Assembly: GCA_032128115.1 (NCBI GenBank)
Contig: JAQBHB010000015.1
Location: 1-50,073, forward strand
Reading direction: 5' to 3'
Source: Deltaproteobacteria bacterium
GTDB lineage: Bacteria; Myxococcota_A; UBA9160; SMWR01
DNA: 50,073 bases
The notes under the pieces are model-generated. The model made no database searches and was not told the DNA's origin. It worked only from the letters and a program-made list of their open reading frames with translations. The position numbers and the translations under genes were made by a program. Below are positions 48,193 through 50,073 of this stretch, piece by piece. Positions within the stretch are counted from its first letter, which is position 1; each line of letters starts with the position of its first letter.

Positions 48193-49679
48193 CAGGGCTC
48201 GGACGTTCCGGGGCTGGCGAAGGGATCCAGATCCAAGGTCAGATCGTAGCGCCGGGGGATGCGCTGCTTCGAACCCGTGAGAGTCAGGTTGCGGCGGTTG
48301 ATCACCAGCGAGCGGTTGGCCAGGTCGCTGGCGGTGAAGGGCTTCTTCAAGGCCGAAAGCAGACCCCAGCCGAAGTAGAACGGCGGCTGGGTGAGTTGGC
48401 GGACGTTGTCGATGCGCAGCACGCTGCCCGAGGGCAGGTCGGCAGTCTCCCGCTCGATGCGATGCCGCACCTCTTCGACCACGCCGCTGGCCCGGTCGTA
48501 GAGTCGGGCCCGGGCGATCGTCGCCGGCAGGAACGCCACCGCCGCCACGGCCGCAAGCGCCAGCGCGCCACCCCGCTGCCACCCGCGCGGGACGCGCGCA
48601 GTTCGCGACATGACATCCAGGAGCGAGATCGCGAACAACACGAGTCCGATCAACGCGACGACGTGGTGGCGACTGGAGAAGTAGACACCGTAGACCAGCA
48701 GCGTCGAAGCCAGGTACCACACGGGCCCGGTGAACAACAGGGCCACGGCGTCATCCCGCGTCAGCCGCCGGCGATGTCGAAACGTGAAAACGCTGCCCGC
48801 GACCGCCAGCCCGCACACGCCGGCGAGCAGCCACCCGACGCCCCACTCCTTGAACATCAACTCCCGGTAGAGCGACTCGAAGAGCCGTGCGTGAAAGGCG
48901 AAGAAGGCGCTGGGTGAGTCGAACGACGTGGGATCGCCGCCCCCGCCCACGAAATTCCCGAACGCAATCCAGCGCAGCCCCATGTACACCCCCAATAGCG
49001 CGACTACCGGTGCGTAGAAGCGCGCCCGGGCCAGCCACGCCCGGGAGCGCTCGCGCCGGATCACAGCTTCGACGGCGTCGTACCCCAGCGCAATCGCCAG
49101 GAACGCGAGGCTCGCCTCCTTGGTCATCACCGACAAGGCGAACAGGGGATGGAACGGCCAGCTCCGGCCCGCGTCGCGCCGGTGTCGGAGGAACACGATC
49201 TCGGCCCAGAGGCCGAAGAAGACAGCCACCAGCTCCTCGCGCGCCGTCAGGAAGGGCACTACGTCCGCGTAGACGGGATGCACGGCCACGCAGAAGGCGC
49301 CCAGGGCTGCCCAGTGCTCGCGCCCGGGCAGCAGCAGGTTCAGCAGGAGGAACACGAGCCACACATTACCGGCAAAGAACAGGGTCGAGGTCCAGTGGAA
49401 GCCCCGGGAATCGATCCCCCAGAGCAGCCGGTCGAGCTTCAGGAGCCAGATCTTGACCGGCCGCAGGTACCCGCGCCCCCGCTCCGGGTCGACGCCCGCG
49501 TCCTTCCAGACATCGCCGCTCTCGTTGCTGTAGAGCAGCGCCAGGAAATAGCCCGGGGGCTGCCCCTCGAAGGACACGATCAGATCGAAGTCGTCGCCCA
49601 GGAAATAATCGTCCAGGTTGATCGCGTACACCGCGAACGACACACAGAAGATCACGGCACCGGCGAGAACGGCCTTCAT
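48192..49679 (-). CDS. GT-C-like membrane protein
   Basis: DYFLGDDF, YLRPV, VHP and TKE motifs resemble TMTC/PMT-like membrane proteins; its stop overlaps the downstream ATG. Confidence 0.7.
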   Translation of the reverse strand: MKAVLAGAVIFCVSFAVYAINLDDYFLGDDFDLIVSFEGQPPGYFLALLYSNESGDVWKDAGVDPERGRGYLRPVKIWLLKLDRLLWGIDSRGFHWTSTLFFAGNVWLVFLLLNLLLPGREHWAALGAFCVAVHPVYADVVPFLTAREELVAVFFGLWAEIVFLRHRRDAGRSWPFHPLFALSVMTKEASLAFLAIALGYDAVEAVIRRERSRAWLARARFYAPVVALLGVYMGLRWIAFGNFVGGGGDPTSFDSPSAFFAFHARLFESLYRELMFKEWGVGWLLAGVCGLAVAGSVFTFRHRRRLTRDDAVALLFTGPVWYLASTLLVYGVYFSSRHHVVALIGLVLFAISLLDVMSRTARVPRGWQRGGALALAAVAAVAFLPATIARARLYDRASGVVEEVRHRIERETADLPSGSVLRIDNVRQLTQPPFYFGWGLLSALKKPFTASDLANRSLVINRRNLTLTGSKQRIPRRYDLTLDLDPFASPGTSEP

Positions 49680-49837
49680 CAGGGTTGGGGTCTCGGAAAT
49701 TCGGGTTTCGAAGTGAGGGGGGGGCGCGTGGGGCGGGTCGGATCGGACAGCCACCGGGCCCGCGGTTGTCGTATGCTAGCTCGCTCCGCGCCCTCCGGCT
49801 TCGCCCCGTGGCGCCGAGGCGCGCATCGAGGAGGCGG

Positions 49838-50073
49838 GTGGCCGACGAGCCCTACATCGTATTCGGGAGTCCCTGCATCGGCGACGACGAGGTCCGCGCC
49901 GTGGAGGAGACCCTTCGGTCGTGCTGGATCGGCACGGGGCCCCGGGTTCAGGAGTTCGAGGCCGAGATCGAGCGCTACACGGGCGCCCGGCACGCGGTGG
50001 CCGTGGGCTCCTGCACGGCGGCCCTCCACCTGGCCATGCTGGCCAACCGCCTGGGCCCCGGCGACGAGGTGAT
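49838..50073 (+). CDS. DegT/ArnB-family aminotransferase, 3' end cut by the window
   Basis: Not in the ORF track. GGAGG RBS then GTG; reads MADEPYIVFGSPCIGDDEVRAVEETLRSCWIGTGPRVQEFE..HAVAVGSCTAALHLAM..GPGDEV. Confidence 0.9.
   Translation, partial: MADEPYIVFGSPCIGDDEVRAVEETLRSCWIGTGPRVQEFEAEIERYTGARHAVAVGSCTAALHLAMLANRLGPGDEV

Noticed and set aside
288..50072. Many long antisense or alternate-frame ORFs (e.g. 6816-9125+, 13642-16062+, 23219-24862+, 46561-48249+)
   Set aside because: These are Arg/Pro/Ala/Gly-rich shadows of real genes, expected where stop codons are scarce at high GC, and they carry no recognisable motifs.

Overview
A GC-rich (roughly 70% by eye), densely coding bacterial window. 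The gene content (DUF4388, PilZ, split nuo genes, Cys-insert ferrochelatase, many sulfatase-fold lipoproteins) suggests Myxococcota/deltaproteobacteria; this is inference. From left to right: tRNA-Thr, rlmB, a divergent DUF4388/PilZ pair and tRNA-Leu(UAA). Next is a ~15 kb envelope block with a GT2, five sulfatase-fold lipoproteins that all carry Thr instead of Cys/Ser at the nucleophile position, three GT-C-type membrane proteins and a PHP metallohydrolase, ending at tRNA-Cys. Then nuoD-C-I and nuoB flank a lipA-lipB-pdhC-pdhB-pdhA-second E2 block that has no E3, followed by pcs, hemH, hemY-hemN-hemE, an acyl-CoA dehydrogenase pair, ispH and a MATE transporter. A second, Arn-like glycosylation block closes the window (GT-C, GT2, atypical SDR, two DegT, methyltransferase, SGNH, membrane-fused SpeE-like, GT-C). 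I saw no integrase, transposase or CRISPR array. The best candidate new system is the Thr-type sulfatase-fold/GT-C surface-modification cluster. Other signals are the Q-module-only nuo genes around an E3-less PDH block, repeated leaderless-type promoters, paired sigma28-like promoters and frequent short duplications at gene boundaries. All family calls come from motif recognition by eye; no searches were run.
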